Positions 11,911-25,144 are shown, counted from the first letter of the stretch. The stretch: DNA of 64,000 nucleotides from Octopus vulgaris (GCA_951406725.2 OX597839.1:558001-622000), one strand, 5' to 3'. A program made the numbers and translations. Notes: generated by a model from the sequence alone, not told the origin.

Positions 11911-12316
11911 CTCTGCAAGATTTCCTTCAGTTCATTATGTTACGAGTACAGCTAAGATTAACTCTACCTTTCATCCTTAAAACTAAGCACCAGTTGAGTA
12001 CTGGGGTGACCATATTCAAATAATCTCTCTCCCTAAAATTTCTGGCTTAATATTTGAAACCAATATTATTATTATTATTTTGCATTCAGAGGCAATGAGC
12101 TGGAAAAATTGTTAGCATGCCAAACAAAATGCTTAGAGACATTTCTTCTGGTTTTATGTTTTGAGCTCAACTCCTTCCAAGGTGTTCATATTTTGCCTTC
12201 CAGGTTCCATGAAATAAGTACCAACTGAATACTGGAGTCGATGTAATTAACTTGCTCTCATCCCAAAATATCAGACCTTCTGCCCATAGTAGAACGATTA
12301 TAATGTTGCATTCACT

Positions 12317-12483
12317 TTAATTCGTTAGCATTTAGCCCAGACAAATTCGGCCTTTCATACTGACCCTACACTGTAATTCTTAAAATTAACAATCCCAGCA
12401 ACAAAGCCTCAAAAGTATGAGATAAAGCAGGATTAATTCAAAACAAGGTAAAAGAATATGTATTTAATTTGCTAAGGGGTTAA
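12317..12483. mobile_element. internally deleted piggyBac-type MITE
   Basis: Related to 44052-44279; ends GCTAAGGGG|TTAA. Confidence 0.6.
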
Positions 12484-12790
12484 GCTATTGCTAAGGAGTT
12501 AAGCTAATGCTAAGGGGTTAAGCTAATGCTAAAGGGTTAAGCTAATGCTAAGGGTTTAAATTAATTTTCAGGGGTTAAGCTAATGCTAAAGGTATAAATT
12601 AATGTTCAGGGGTTAAGCTAATGCTAAAGGTATAAATTAATGTTCAGGGGTTAAGCTAATGCTAAGCAGTAAATCTAATATTCAAGGATTAAATTAACGT
12701 TAGCTGGTTAAGCTACTGTCAACGGGTTAAACTAATATTCAGGGGTTAATCTAATCATAATAAATGTTATGCTACTACGAAGGGGTCAAG
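12471..12790. repeat. 19-bp minisatellite GCTAAGGGGTTAAGCTAAT, ~16 degenerate units
   Basis: Visible 19-bp period; paralogs at ~14303, 52649, 53628, 62852. Confidence 0.9.
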
Positions 12791-13815
12791 CAAGTTTGCT
12801 GTGCATATACAACTGATAACATTGTTATAACTTTCAATTCCTCTGTGAATTGCAAGCTTTGTCTCTTGTGTTCTGCAATGGAATCAGTAGAAAGGAAAGA
12901 AATTAGCTAAACCTGGTGGAACCACCTATGAAGAAAATGGTATTTGTAGGGATCGAATTTTTGGATAATTTTTTTTCTTTTGAGAGATACAAACACGGTG
13001 ATATTAACATACTGGGAAATGAACCATATAAAATTCAGTTCAATGAACTTCACGAAAGGGATGCTATGGAGATGCTTACCAACGCTGACCGGTCACCAGT
13101 TCCCAAGACAGAAATACAATCTCAGCCCCGCTTGTCCAACTAAAATCCTTTTCCGAAATAACTTTAAAACTTGAATATCTTCAGTTTTCTATATAAAAAC
13201 TCGCGGCCCATGATCATCCCTTCTGAATTCATGTGGAATCAGAGATTCGATGTAGATTTCTGTTTCAATTATGGGGATCAATTTATGATACGATGCCAAT
13301 CATTTTTTGTAAAATGGCAGTTTTATAGAAATGAAGATATCATCCACATATACATTAGAATTTCGGCCCAATGTTCACCCTCCACAATGTGAAGGTGCAA
13401 ACATTTTCAGCAATACCCATTTCAACTGTTCTTTTATCACAAGTTATTCCTTGATATTTTAAAAGTGTTGTTTTGTAACTTTATACTTGCATTCATAGCT
13501 GCAATTTATTATGTCAGCAAGAAAAAATCTGAGAGACTCAGCTAAATCAGAAGAACATTTCTAAAGACGTAGAATGGTTTTGGGGTCAAGATATTACTCT
13601 TTCTCTGCTGTCATAGTTTGATGACAAACTTTGATTAATAATGCCAACTCCCCTTCATACAGTTACCATAGCTCTTGTTGACGATATAAAATAGCAGAAA
13701 CGAAGGAATTCTATGAGAACTTCTTCAGTAAACATAAGACCGCAGCATATCAATTCAACCACTTCACACACACCTACTCACTTCATCTGCGTATCGTCTG
13801 TCCCACTCTGGTAGA
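12790..13815 (-). pseudogene. decayed coding-like sequence of unknown identity, 4 partial copies
   Basis: One minus frame reads ~330 codons with ~11 stops, two of them repaired in a paralog; contains YVDDI. Confidence 0.35.
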
Positions 13816-13909
13816 TACTTGCCTAAGGTGCCATGCAGTGGGACTGAACCCAGAACCACGTGGTTGGTAAGCAAGTTACGTACCACCTAGCCACTTCTCT
13901 GCCTCCTTC

Positions 13910-13941
<32 letters not shown>

Positions 13942-15272
13942 CCTATTATTCCCACTGTTCTCTTATTACACTTTCGCTGTTTTAAATGCTTGCACACACA
14001 CCCACAATATTCGTTTGAGCATTTCACTCACATGCCCTCACAAACACATTATTCAGCTGCGTACTGGGGTCAATGTAATTAACTAGCTTCCACTCCAAAA
14101 TATCAGACCTTCTACCCATAATAGAACAGATCGTTATTTTGTATTCACTTTAATTCATTAGCATTTAGCCCAGACAAATTCGGCTTTTCATACTGACCAT
14201 ACACTGTCATTCTAAAAATTAACAATCCCAGCGACAAAACATCAAGAGTATGAGATAATGCATGATCAATTCAAAACAAGGCAGATGAATATGTATTTAA
14301 TTAGCCAAGTGGTTAAGCTATTGCTAAGGAGTAAAGCTAATGTTCAGGGGTTTAATATAATGTTAATAAGGGTTATGCTATTACGAAGGGGTCAAGCAAG
14401 TTTGCTGTGCATATGTAACTGATAACAATGTCATAACTTACCATTCCTCTGTGAATTGCAAGCTTTGTCTCTTGTGTTCTTCAATGGAATCAGTAGAAAG
14501 GAAAGAAATCAGCTAAACCTGGTAGAACCACCTATGAAGAAAATGGCATTTGTAGGGATCGAATTTTTGGATAATTTTTTTTTCTTTTGAGAGATACAAA
14601 CACGGTGATATTAACATACTGGGAAATAAACCATATAAAATTCAGTTCAATTAACTTCACAGAAGTGATGCTATGGAAATCCTTACCAACGCTGACCGGT
14701 CACCAGTTCTCATTCGAATGCCTATTTGATAATCCTGTTTTTTACTGCATTGTATTTGCATTTTTTTTTGTTTGAACGCTTCCAGTTTTTTTCCTCTCTG
14801 TTGTTTTAACATTCCCACTGTTCTCTGATGACACTTTAAATGCTTGCTTTCAACAGTTCATTCACATTCCCTCATTAACACACTATTCATTTTCCTACTT
14901 TCAGATAAAAATATAATATGCAAGTTTTAGGGTCATGCATCGAGTGATCTAGAGACCCGCATGGCTAAACGATGGCAAAATTTCTGCTTTTAGCATTCTG
15001 TATAACCCCTCGTAACGTTTTTAGTTTTCGGGATTTTCAGAAATCTTTTATGAATTTGTGTCTCACACTCGAGAATCCATATATTTAGGAAAAGAGAAAA
15101 CCTGAGACATCAGCAAAAGGAGAATAATCCAATACCGTTATTCTCATTTATATTCTGATTCATTATCGTATCATTAATATTATCCTTATTGTACATTACT
15201 GCATATACTTTATACGCACTTTTGACAAGTTGTGGTGAACCTGAGCACTGTATACAGTAATTTTCATTATCA

Positions 15273-15550
15273 TTATTCTATCGGTCTCTTTTGCCGAACC
15301 GGTAGTTTCGGGGACGTAAACACACCAGCATTGGTTGTCAAGCGATGTTGTGGGGGACAAACACACACACACACATACACACACACATATATATATATAT
15401 ACATATACGACAGGCTTCTTTTCAGTTTCCGTCTACCAAATCCACTCACAAGTCTTTGGTCGGCCTGAGGCTGTAGCAGTAGACACTTGCACAAAGTGCC
15501 ACGCAGTGGAACTGAACCCGGATCTATGTGGTTGGTAAGCAAGCTACTTT
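15273..15550 (-). mobile_element. SINE family A, partial
   Basis: Matches other family A copies. Confidence 0.85.
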
Positions 15551-15769
15551 ATTTCACTTAATTAGCTATAAAAGCCGTACACAGAGGTAGTAGCTGCGGG
15601 CTGGTCAAAACACAAGATGAATGAATGATAAAGCTGCTTCTCGAAAAGATTGTTCTTCGTTTCTTTTTTTAACCAGAATTTGACATTGTAAGAATTATAA
15701 AACAAGAATTATTCAATGGTTTAAAATATCAACTGACATGTGACAATATTCTGTTTTTGTGTTTTGCAG

Positions 15770-15976
15770 TTTATAAAACAGCTGAACAGATAAATGAAAA
15801 GAAATTAAAGACAATTCATCTCAAGAACGTTTGATATAGAAATCCCTTATTCTTTGCAAAAACCTTTGAAAAGGAAAAATCACCAATTCTCAAGGCTAAC
15901 CAATTCTTTTCATCTCCAACCATGCTTCTCCTTCCATATTGGAGTATTTTCCTCATTATTTCCCCCCATTTCATTG
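15770..15976 (+). pseudogene. candidate exon with in-frame stops (pseudo-exon or partly UTR)
   Basis: CTGAC branch, TTTTGCAG acceptor, TTG|GTAAGT donor; 207 nt; two TAA near 5' end in the frame joining the next exon. Confidence 0.35.
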
Positions 15977-16091
15977 GTAAGTTCTGTAACCAGTTACAGT
16001 ACACTAGTATAACTAGTCACATTGTAAAATTATTTTGATGCTTAAAAGAAATTCATAAAATGTTTCTCCTTTTTTCTAAACTATATTCTAG

Positions 16092-16349
16092 GTACCCACG
16101 CGGCCACAATGTTCTCGTGACGAACACAATTCTGTTCGTATTTCTTTGGACCAGAAGAAATATGTAAACCTAACAAGTGAGAACGATCAAAAGTGTTTCA
16201 GCATTGAATATGAATTAGACGATGGAATAGAGCCAAATATTTTAGAATTTGCATTTGAGATTGCAAAAAATCCAAGTCCTCCAGATTTTGAATTAGAAGT
16301 TCAAAGAAGGCCAAGATTAGTGTACGTTAAGAAGGATGAAGTCTTAAAG
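16092..16349 (+). CDS. internal coding exon, phase 0-0, 86 aa, unidentified protein (VPTRPQCSRDEHNSVRISLDQKKY...LVYVKKDEVLK)
   Basis: Polypyrimidine tract + TTCTAG acceptor, AAG|GTAAGT donor, 258 nt open, non-repetitive composition. Confidence 0.65.
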
Positions 16350-16491
16350 GTAAGTAAATAAAAATAGATGCACACACACACACACTCACACTCACACACA
16401 CACACACATATATATATATATACATTCACAAATACACATGCCCACAAACACACACATACCATTTATTATATAGAAAATTTAGAAACAACTA

Positions 16492-16624
16492 CTAACAGTT
16501 TCATGCTTTAGAGGTACAATAATTTGGCAGATTTATATAACATGTTTCAAAGATTGCATGGGGACATGTGGTATGTTATATAAAACTGCCAAATTATTGA
16601 ATCTCTACAGCATGAAACTATTAG
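16492..16624. repeat. inverted repeat with ~52-bp arms
   Basis: CTAACAGTTTCATGC...TATATAACAT vs ATGTTATATA...GCATGAAACTATTAG, ~5 mismatches. Confidence 0.85.
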
Positions 16625-17009
16625 AAGCGCTTTAAAACTTTTCTGAACATTAAATTATATTTATCTCTTACTAGAATAGTTTTTCTGTTGATCCTAACTA
16701 TAACAACGCTATACACTATACGTATATAGCAAAAACTTAAAGTACTTCTCAATCTAGACTCATTGATAAGCTAAAACTTCACTCAGTTTTATTCAGTTTA
16801 AAATAGTCCATTGTTACCCATGCCAAACCATAGAACCGTTCTAACAACAAATGCCATCTATGCATTGCAGGACTTTCTTCCATTATACGATGCCGCAGCT
16901 CCATTAATGAACCAATTGGCGACAGTATTAACTGAGAACATAAATTACGTAAGTTACAAATTATAATGTCTGACACTGATAATTCCCTGGCTATTCCTTC
17001 TACATTTCC

Positions 17010-17400
17010 TCTCATTTACTTGTTTCAGTCATTTGACTGTGGCCATGCTGGAGCACCGCCTTCAGTCGAGGAAACCAATTTCTTATTCTTTGTAAGCCTA
17101 GTACTTATTCTATCGGTTTCTTTTGCCGAACTGCTAAGTGATGCGGACGTAAACACACCAGCATCGGTTGTCAAGCGATGTTGGGTGGGGGACAAACACA
17201 ACACACAAATATACACACATATATATTTACATATATACGACGAGCTTCATTCAGTTTCCGTCTACCAAATCCACTCACAAGGCTTTGGTGGCCCGAGGCT
17301 ATAGTAGAAGACACTTGCCCAAGGTGCCACGCAGTGGGACTGAACCCGGAACCATGTGGTTCGTAAGCAAGCTACTTACCACACAGCCACTCCTACGCCT
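17010..17400 (-). mobile_element. SINE family A, full length
   Basis: Head with A/B boxes and tail present. Confidence 0.9.
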
Positions 17401-17684
17401 CTATTTTAATATCTTCTAAATATTTATAACCATTACCGTTTGGCACTTTTGTTATGTTTCCGTTTTTTCTGTGGTTTTTTGTATGTTCTCCTCTTTTCCT
17501 GCGAGAGTTTGCAAATAGGCTTAGATTTCCATACACAATTTAGTTCTTAACTATTTTATCTCTTCAATCCTTTGTGTTTTTCAGTTTGTTGTTCATGCTT
17601 CACAACTCATTTCAACTCAGAGCTGTGATTACTTAACTTGGAATTCCCATACAACAATGTAACCTTCATATAGTTAAGGTGCAT

Positions 17685-17772
17685 TTGGCCTGATGAATTG
17701 CTTACCTGCATACCCATCTGTGCCTAATAATTACATTGCAAGATCAGCCAGATAAGAAACATATGTATCCAG
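17685..17772 (+). ncRNA. type I hammerhead-like motif with long stem II
   Basis: CTGATGA 17690-17696; GAAAC 17756-17760; palindromic ACATATGT then A; TGG/CCA stem I with a mismatch. Confidence 0.45.
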
Positions 17773-17972
17773 GAGTTCAACTGCTCCACTCCCTCAATTT
17801 CAATCTTTATTCGCATTCACTGCAACTTTATTTGCCTACCATAAACTATAAAGAAATAAATTGTCATTCTTGTTGACCAGGCATTTTGTTTTCTCTACAT
17901 GTCACGGACTGCTTGAGGCTTACTAACTTGCTACACTTGGATCCTTGGATCTAGCCCTTATCTATCAATATA

Positions 17973-18055
<83 letters not shown>

Positions 18056-18251
18056 TAATAATAATAATAGGGAGTATAACTCCAAACTTACAGGGAAAAA
18101 TTCAATTTAGTATTAAATCAAATTTCACAATATAAATAGATAAGTACATAAAATATAAATTAGAGATAAAACTACTATTATGCAACTGAAACCGTGATAG
18201 ACATAAACCAATACATAAATAACAAATAATATATAGAATTAATATAATATA

Positions 18252-18337
<86 letters not shown>

Positions 18338-18831
18338 CTCGATATATTGGTTCTTTCTTGTTCTGTTATAAACACAATTTTATCGTAATCCGATGGGTTA
18401 CTACATACTTTGTAGAGTACAAATTCATTATTCTTATATGAGAATATTGTTGACAGTGACTTCAAAGTTGTGGCCAGCTAAGCCATCAATGGACTGTGAT
18501 GCATTGGAGTAAGTCTTGCCTTTATATAGTCTCTGTTGAGTAAAACTCAATTTTGGGGTTGAGTGGGGTGGCAATTAGGTTTTTATGGTCTCTTGTTAAG
18601 GAAAGGTGTTTTGGAACAATTTTGTTATATTAAATTTGGTTTCATGCTATCCTTTATAATTTATTCATGCATGAAGAACTTTGTAAACAAACTTGTAGGT
18701 GTTTCTCTTTCGTTGGGGAGGCACAAGGTGAGAGAGTATTTTTGTTGCTTTTGGTATTATTGGATTTAATCCTTTTGTTTTGACAATATAAAGGTCAAAT
18801 GTACAAATGTCCAGTATATATGCCCTGGGTA

Positions 18832-18871
<40 letters not shown>

Positions 18872-18967
18872 TGTGTGCGCGTGTGTGTGTGTGCACTACT
18901 CCAAACTGATCTTAAACCGAGGAACAAAATACAAATTATACACTATAAATGTTTTACCATCAACATA

Positions 18968-18969
18968 AC

Positions 18970-19015
<46 letters not shown>

Positions 19016-19043
19016 GTCATCATCATCATCATCATCATCATCG

Positions 19044-19117
<74 letters not shown>

Positions 19118-19185
19118 GTCATCATCATCGTCATCATCATCATCATCATCATCATCGTCATCATCATCATCATCACTGTCATCAT
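18968..19185. repeat. (CAT)n microsatellite
   Basis: Directly visible. Confidence 0.95.
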
Positions 19186-19409
19186 TATTAATTTATTTGA
19201 AATAACTTACTGCTGTTAATTTTGTTGATTTACTTTATCTTAGGTACTTGTTCAAAATCTCTTTCTTAAAGGGATGTATTTTGGTTACATCAAATGGAAT
19301 TCTGATGATCAGGCAATGCCAGAATAGGAGAAAACTAAGCTCCTTCCCTGAGGATGGTTTTTTACGTTTAACATTTTTGCTGTTGTTTTCTCTTTTAAAC
19401 TCATCTTTT

Positions 19410-19511
<102 letters not shown>

Positions 19512-19755
19512 CGCGCGCGCACACACATTGAAGCATAAGAATTATAAGGTTAATGGGCTTTTTTCTTTTTTCTTTGAATTTCAGAAATTATATATAATCA
19601 CCAAAAAAAAAAATTGAATAATATATTACATAATGAATGATTTTAAAATAATATATTCAATAATTTCTCATATTTTTCAACTTGATAATGAAATATAAGA
19701 ATAAAACCATTTTCAAAAATATTATTCAGTTTGTTTTTATTTATTTCTAAAATTT

Positions 19756-19786
<31 letters not shown>

Positions 19787-19849
19787 TAATAATAATAATA
19801 ATAATAATAATTATAGCAGTAGTAGTAGCAGCAGCAGCAGCAGCAGCTA

Positions 19850-19914
<65 letters not shown>

Positions 19915-19924
19915 TTAATATGCT

Positions 19925-21315
19925 TTTAGTGATGATATCAGAATGGAGTTCGGACTGAAAATGTGTGGCGAGTCGGTCATGAAGAGAGGCAAAATGAAAT
20001 GTTTGGACGGACTAGCGATACTATAGGGTGACGTTCTGAAGCAGATAGAAGAGATGGGCTATACGTACTTGGAGATACTGGAAATGGATAAATTGATGGT
20101 GAAACAATTGACAGAAAAATTTAAGATGGAATACTGGCGCAGACTCAGACTAATCCTTAAGTCAAAATTAAACGGACGGAATAAAATTGAAGCTATCAAA
20201 ACCTGGGCGGTTTCAATCCTTAGATATGCAGCAGAAGTAATCGCATGGATAGTAGACGAGCTAAACATCTTAGACAGAAAAGACGGAGAAGTGGACTGAT
20301 TGGATGTGAATACAGCATTAGAGCAGAAGAAAACAACATAGCATGATATATAAAAAAAATATCACAGAACTGCTATTATTGGAAGTAAGAAGGTCAGGCT
20401 TGTGTATGATGGAAGATCGCGAAGATAAAGCAGTGTACAAGGACTTGAGAATGAATGAAACTGAAATAGATGGATAAAGAAAAGAATGCATACACAATTT
20501 TATAGGGATGTTGAAGATAAGACAGACAGAGAAAAAAGATGGCTATGGATGACTAAAAGAGAATTAAAACCGGAAACGGTGGCTCTAACCTGTGCTGCCC
20601 AAGAGTAAGCATTAAGAACCACTTACATCAAATACAAAATAAACAACACATCAGAAAGTGATAAGTGCAGAATTTTTTGACAAAATAGTGAAACCGTATA
20701 CCCTAGTTCCAGCCAATGTAGGCCACTAGCCCAGAAAGACTATAAGGGACGTCATGACACCATAGCAAGGATTAACCATTGGACACCTTGCCACAAATAT
20801 GGAGTTGACAGAGCAAAATAGTGGTATGAACATAAACCTGAAGGCTTCATTGAAAATGATAATGCAAAGATCCTATGGGATTTTATGATTGAGCGCGACC
20901 ATGAGATAGAGAATAGGAAACAAGACATAATTTTAATTGAGAAAGAAAGCAAATGATGCTGGATCATAGATATAGCATGCCCAGGTGACAACAAGGTATG
21001 CGATAAGGAAGAAAGAAAAATCAATATATATGAGAGATTAGCTTGGGAGGTTAATCAGTTGTGGTCGCTGAAAAAGGTAGCAGTAGTAGCAATAATGTTC
21101 GGTGCCCTGGGAATTGTGAGTAAAATTCTGAAGAAGTCCATGCAACAAATAGGGGCTGCAATAAGGGCGTGGAGCACTTGCAGAAAGCAACACTGCTTGG
21201 AACCGCTCGATTAGTCGGGATGGTGCTCGAAAAATAATGGGTATTACCTTAGTTCACTGGTATTGAACAGCTGACACCGTAATACATCTCCAGCATTAGA
21301 AGTTGTGCGAAGGCA
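19925..21315 (+). mobile_element. R4/Dong-like non-LTR retrotransposon, 5'-truncated and decayed
   Basis: FSDDIRMEFGLK, EYWRRLRLILKSKLNGRNKIEAI, ILWDFMIERDHEIENRKQDI...WIIDIACP RLE motifs; flanked by AAT-derived repeats. Confidence 0.85.
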
Positions 21316-21328
21316 ATAATGATGATGA

Positions 21329-21362
<34 letters not shown>

Positions 21363-21435
21363 GGTGGTGGTGGTGGTGGTGGTTGGTGGTGGTGGTGGTG
21401 GTGTGGTAATGATATAATATAATAATAATGATAAT

Positions 21436-21509
<74 letters not shown>

Positions 21510-21511
<2 letters not shown>

Positions 21512-22068
21512 CCCTGATGCAGTACCAGGCAGTGGCTCTCATGGCTTCTGATCTTAACTGATTGGAAGTGTTATCATGTACATTGTTTTATCTTGGTATA
21601 AAAAGATGGGCTACAGCAAATATTCTGCTCAATACCACAGATTTGCTTGTCAGGTGTTTGACCTTAACCAGTTGAGCATGTCCCTTAGTGGTTGACGATA
21701 TGTGCATCTCTGATCATGAGCAGAAGTACTGGGGAGGGGGTATCATAGCCATGTGTTGAGAGGGATTCTTTGGGTTTTGAATAGTTCACCTCTGGAAACA
21801 TGGGTGGTTCTTTCAACATCCTTAAACAACACTTATTCAGGGACCGTTTGAGCGGGATGGGTTACTCAATCTGAAGAAAATTCTAACTGGGCCCCACCTG
21901 CAAGGTCATGTGCTGTCTATCTTGATATGAGATCACCATGTCGCGCACATATTGTTGTGATGCATGTGCCTGGTGTACCTTTATCAGACGGGTAGTCATG
22001 ATGGGTATACTGGGCTTCGTATATTTTACCCCAGTGTCACTTTGATGGCATGAACTGCTCTCTCACTC
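21510..22068 (+). mobile_element. unclassified ~560-bp insert embedded in (AAT)n
   Basis: Sharp boundaries with (AAT)n on both sides; higher GC than flanks. Confidence 0.45.
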
Positions 22069-22136
<68 letters not shown>

Positions 22137-22215
22137 TAGTAATTTCTTTCGTCGGTCACAAGGGAGGACAATATCGAAGGAGGAGTTACAACACAATTAT
22201 TATCATTATTACTTA

Positions 22216-22803
22216 TTGTATTTCCATGTAGTACGGTGTCAGCTTTCCACTACCAGTGAACTAAGGTACCACCTCTTATTTTCCGAGCACCTTCCGGTGT
22301 GTTCGGGCAGTTCCAAGCCGTGCTGTTCCTGCAAGTGCTCCACTCTTCCTGCAGCCCCTATTTGTTCCACATACTTCTCGAGATTTTTGCTCACTGTTCC
22401 CAGGGCTCCGACAATTATTGGTACTACTACCACCTTTTTCAGCAACCACAACTGCTTAACTTCCCAAGCTAACCTGTCGCATCTCTCGACTTTTCTTTCT
22501 TCCTTATCGCATACCTTGTTGTCAGCTGGGCATGCTATGTCTATGATCCAGCATAGTTTGTTTTCTTTCTCAGTTAAGACTATATCTGGCTTCCTATTCT
22601 CTATCTCATGGTCGCACTCAATCATAAAATGCCATAGGATCTTTGTGTTTTTATTTTCGACGATGCATTCGGGTTTGTGATCGTACTAATTTTTTGCTCT
22701 GTCAACTCCATACTTGTTGCAGAGTGTCCAATGGACAAGCCTGGCTATATTGTCGTGGCGTCTCTTATATTCCTTCTGTAAGACTCGGAGCATTTCTGCT
22801 GGT
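22216..22803 (-). mobile_element. R4/Dong-like RLE domain + 3' end
   Basis: IENRKPDIVLTEKENKLCWIIDIACP (PD..D motif), VVPIIVGALG. Confidence 0.85.
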
Positions 22804-22888
22804 CAATCTGCGCCAATCTTAAACAAAGCATCCACTTCATATTTCTTATCGCACCTAGAGTGTTCCTGAGAGGACGCTTGATGTCGAA

Positions 22889-23359
22889 CATTGCTTCTCA
22901 AAGTAATTCCACTATTAACTTTTCGCTTTTCAAACACTTTTACAACCCCGCCTTTTGCTACAATTCAATGTATCTCTCCGTCACCTTCGTCTTTAACGTA
23001 AATACAAGTAATATCAGATCAGAGTATATTATAGTTCGGTGTACTAGTTTAATACAAACGACTACTTACCCCAGCACCACCCGGCTAAAGTCGAATGCTG
23101 TAAAAATAGCAGGGATGTATTTGGTTTTTGTTTGTTAACTTAATTCCTTTTGTTGTTATTGTTGATGTTGTCGTTGTTGCTGTGATTGCCCGTAAGAAGC
23201 AGTTTATAAAATTTCATTTGTTTTTTTAAGGAAATATTTAAATGAAAAGAAAGATGAAAAGAAACTGTACTAATACATTTATCGCCCTTTCTCCAAATTA
23301 CCCATTAGAAAATGTCATTACTTTTCAAGGGTCAATACCATCTTATTTGAGAAGATCTG
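22889..23359. mobile_element. old hAT element, paralog of 4839-5618 lacking the nested MITE
   Basis: CATTGCTTCTCAAA/TTTGAGAAGATCTG; flanks also similar. Confidence 0.65.
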
Positions 23360-24078
23360 GTTTAGAGCTTTCTGTATGTGAGGATGACAATTTCCAGAGG
23401 ATGTTTGATCACATGTTTCTTCATTATTCAACGGGTAGATCACTCTTCAAACACGGATCTCAACAAACGAGTAAGCCACAGAGAGGCACGATAAAAAGAA
23501 TATCGACACGCCACCTCCCTTCCTCTGGCCCGGAAGGAGTGGAAGCTTTTATCTGTTGAGTAGATTTACCGAAGGAAGCTTTTGTGAGGAATAAAAGAAT
23601 AAAGGAGAAGAGAGAAGTCCTGTCTCCAAGCAAACTTTCTGTAAAGCACATCAAGTTGGCGAATATGATCCGAATGAAAGGGCCTGCTCTGAGCATGCGT
23701 TGTAGATTGTAGAGAGACATTTACAGTGAAAGTGAGTGTGGTGTTTTTGGATTTTGTGTTGCCAATGTGTTTCATATTTCTGCTGATACGTGAAAAGTTA
23801 TTTAGAGAGCTTTACTGTAAGGAAAGCATTGATAATGAATTCATCGTACTAAATTAAAAATAACAGCGAATACAAAGAACACAATACTGAAGTATAGTTA
23901 TAAAGATATTTATTGAAGTTGAAACGTTGACAATTACAATTTACTGCAGATTTAACTGTCGAATTATAAGATTTAAGTAAGGCAGAAGAAGAAACAAAAT
24001 ACGGGCGAAGAGGAAGAGAGAAGTGTGAGTCTGGACGTAATGAATACAGCCAATAGTTGTAGAAGTAGAAAAAGAAAA

Positions 24079-24116
<38 letters not shown>

Positions 24117-24692
24117 GTGAAAGGATGCTTCTGTGTCAGAGAGAAAGCGACTTCATCTCAATGATGCCAGTAGCTTTCTTGGAGCTGGTCTTGGAGGTTA
24201 GCATGTGCAGCCTGAACATTGTCCGAGATGTCGAAGCAGTATTTCCTTCGCAGTGGCTCTTAGGCAAGCGGTTTGTTGTGGGTGTTTGCAGTTGTTGAGT
24301 TCGAGAATTTTCTGACCCAGAAGTAATTGATGCTGAGAGGTGGTGATTGAAGAAAGCTTCTGTGTCAGCGTCATCATTATGAGATGAGTGGAGGAGAAGG
24401 GAGAGGAGGGGGAGGTAGAGAAGGGGAGGAGGAGGAGGAGGAGGAAAAGTAGAAGTCGAAGAAAAAGAAAATGAAAGAAAGAAAAAGATTACATATGTAT
24501 TCTCAGTAAAAGGAATATGGTCCAGACTTCAGAGAAAGAGAGAAAGAGTCAGAGAGGCAGATAGAAAAAGCAGCTGAATTAATCATATTAGATGGATGTC
24601 TTCCGTTTCTACCTCTGAGTAATCTGAAAAAGAAAAAGAGTAATATAAATATGAGAGAGGGAGAGACAAGAGAGATAAAGGATCTGAGAGAG

Positions 24693-24730
<38 letters not shown>

Positions 24731-24776
24731 TGTTTTTAAGTGAAGAAAATGAGATTCATGAGAAAAAGCGATGTAC

Positions 24777-24812
<36 letters not shown>

Positions 24813-25144
24813 GAGAGGGAGAAAGAGATAGATAGATAAATAGATAGATAGATAGGTAGATAGAGAGAGACAGAGACAGAGAGATATAAATAGAGAGAAA
24901 ATAGACAGACAGACAGAATCGGAGTGTGTGTGTGTTCTATAAGATATAGATTTAAAGGAAGGTTCAAATGATCTTATAGAGAATGTGTGGAGTAGAAAAG
25001 TCTCTTTAATGAGGGTCGTTTGTAAAGGAAAAGGAGCTTTGAAAGAGACCGAGTTTTAAGAAAGATGTAAGTCTAACTTAATTGTGGCAATATTTGAAGT
25101 GAGAATGGACAGAGACACAACAAAATATTACAAAATATAAACAA

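Noticed and set aside
12471-12790. CRISPR-like or telomeric array
   Set aside because: No unique spacers, no cas genes, period 19 rather than TTAGGG
12916-13392. Plus-strand ORFs as receptor, LRR or Cys-loop exons
   Set aside because: No convincing motif or splice sites; composition fits antisense of the minus frame
18340-18800. Possible further PLE GIY-YIG remnant
   Set aside because: Too decayed to support by eye
18833-19219. Poly-His/Ile/Met ORFs
   Set aside because: (CAT)n microsatellite with no splice or flanking coding support
23400-24400. Coding-looking segments
   Set aside because: No recognisable motifs, no splice pairs, stops in all frames
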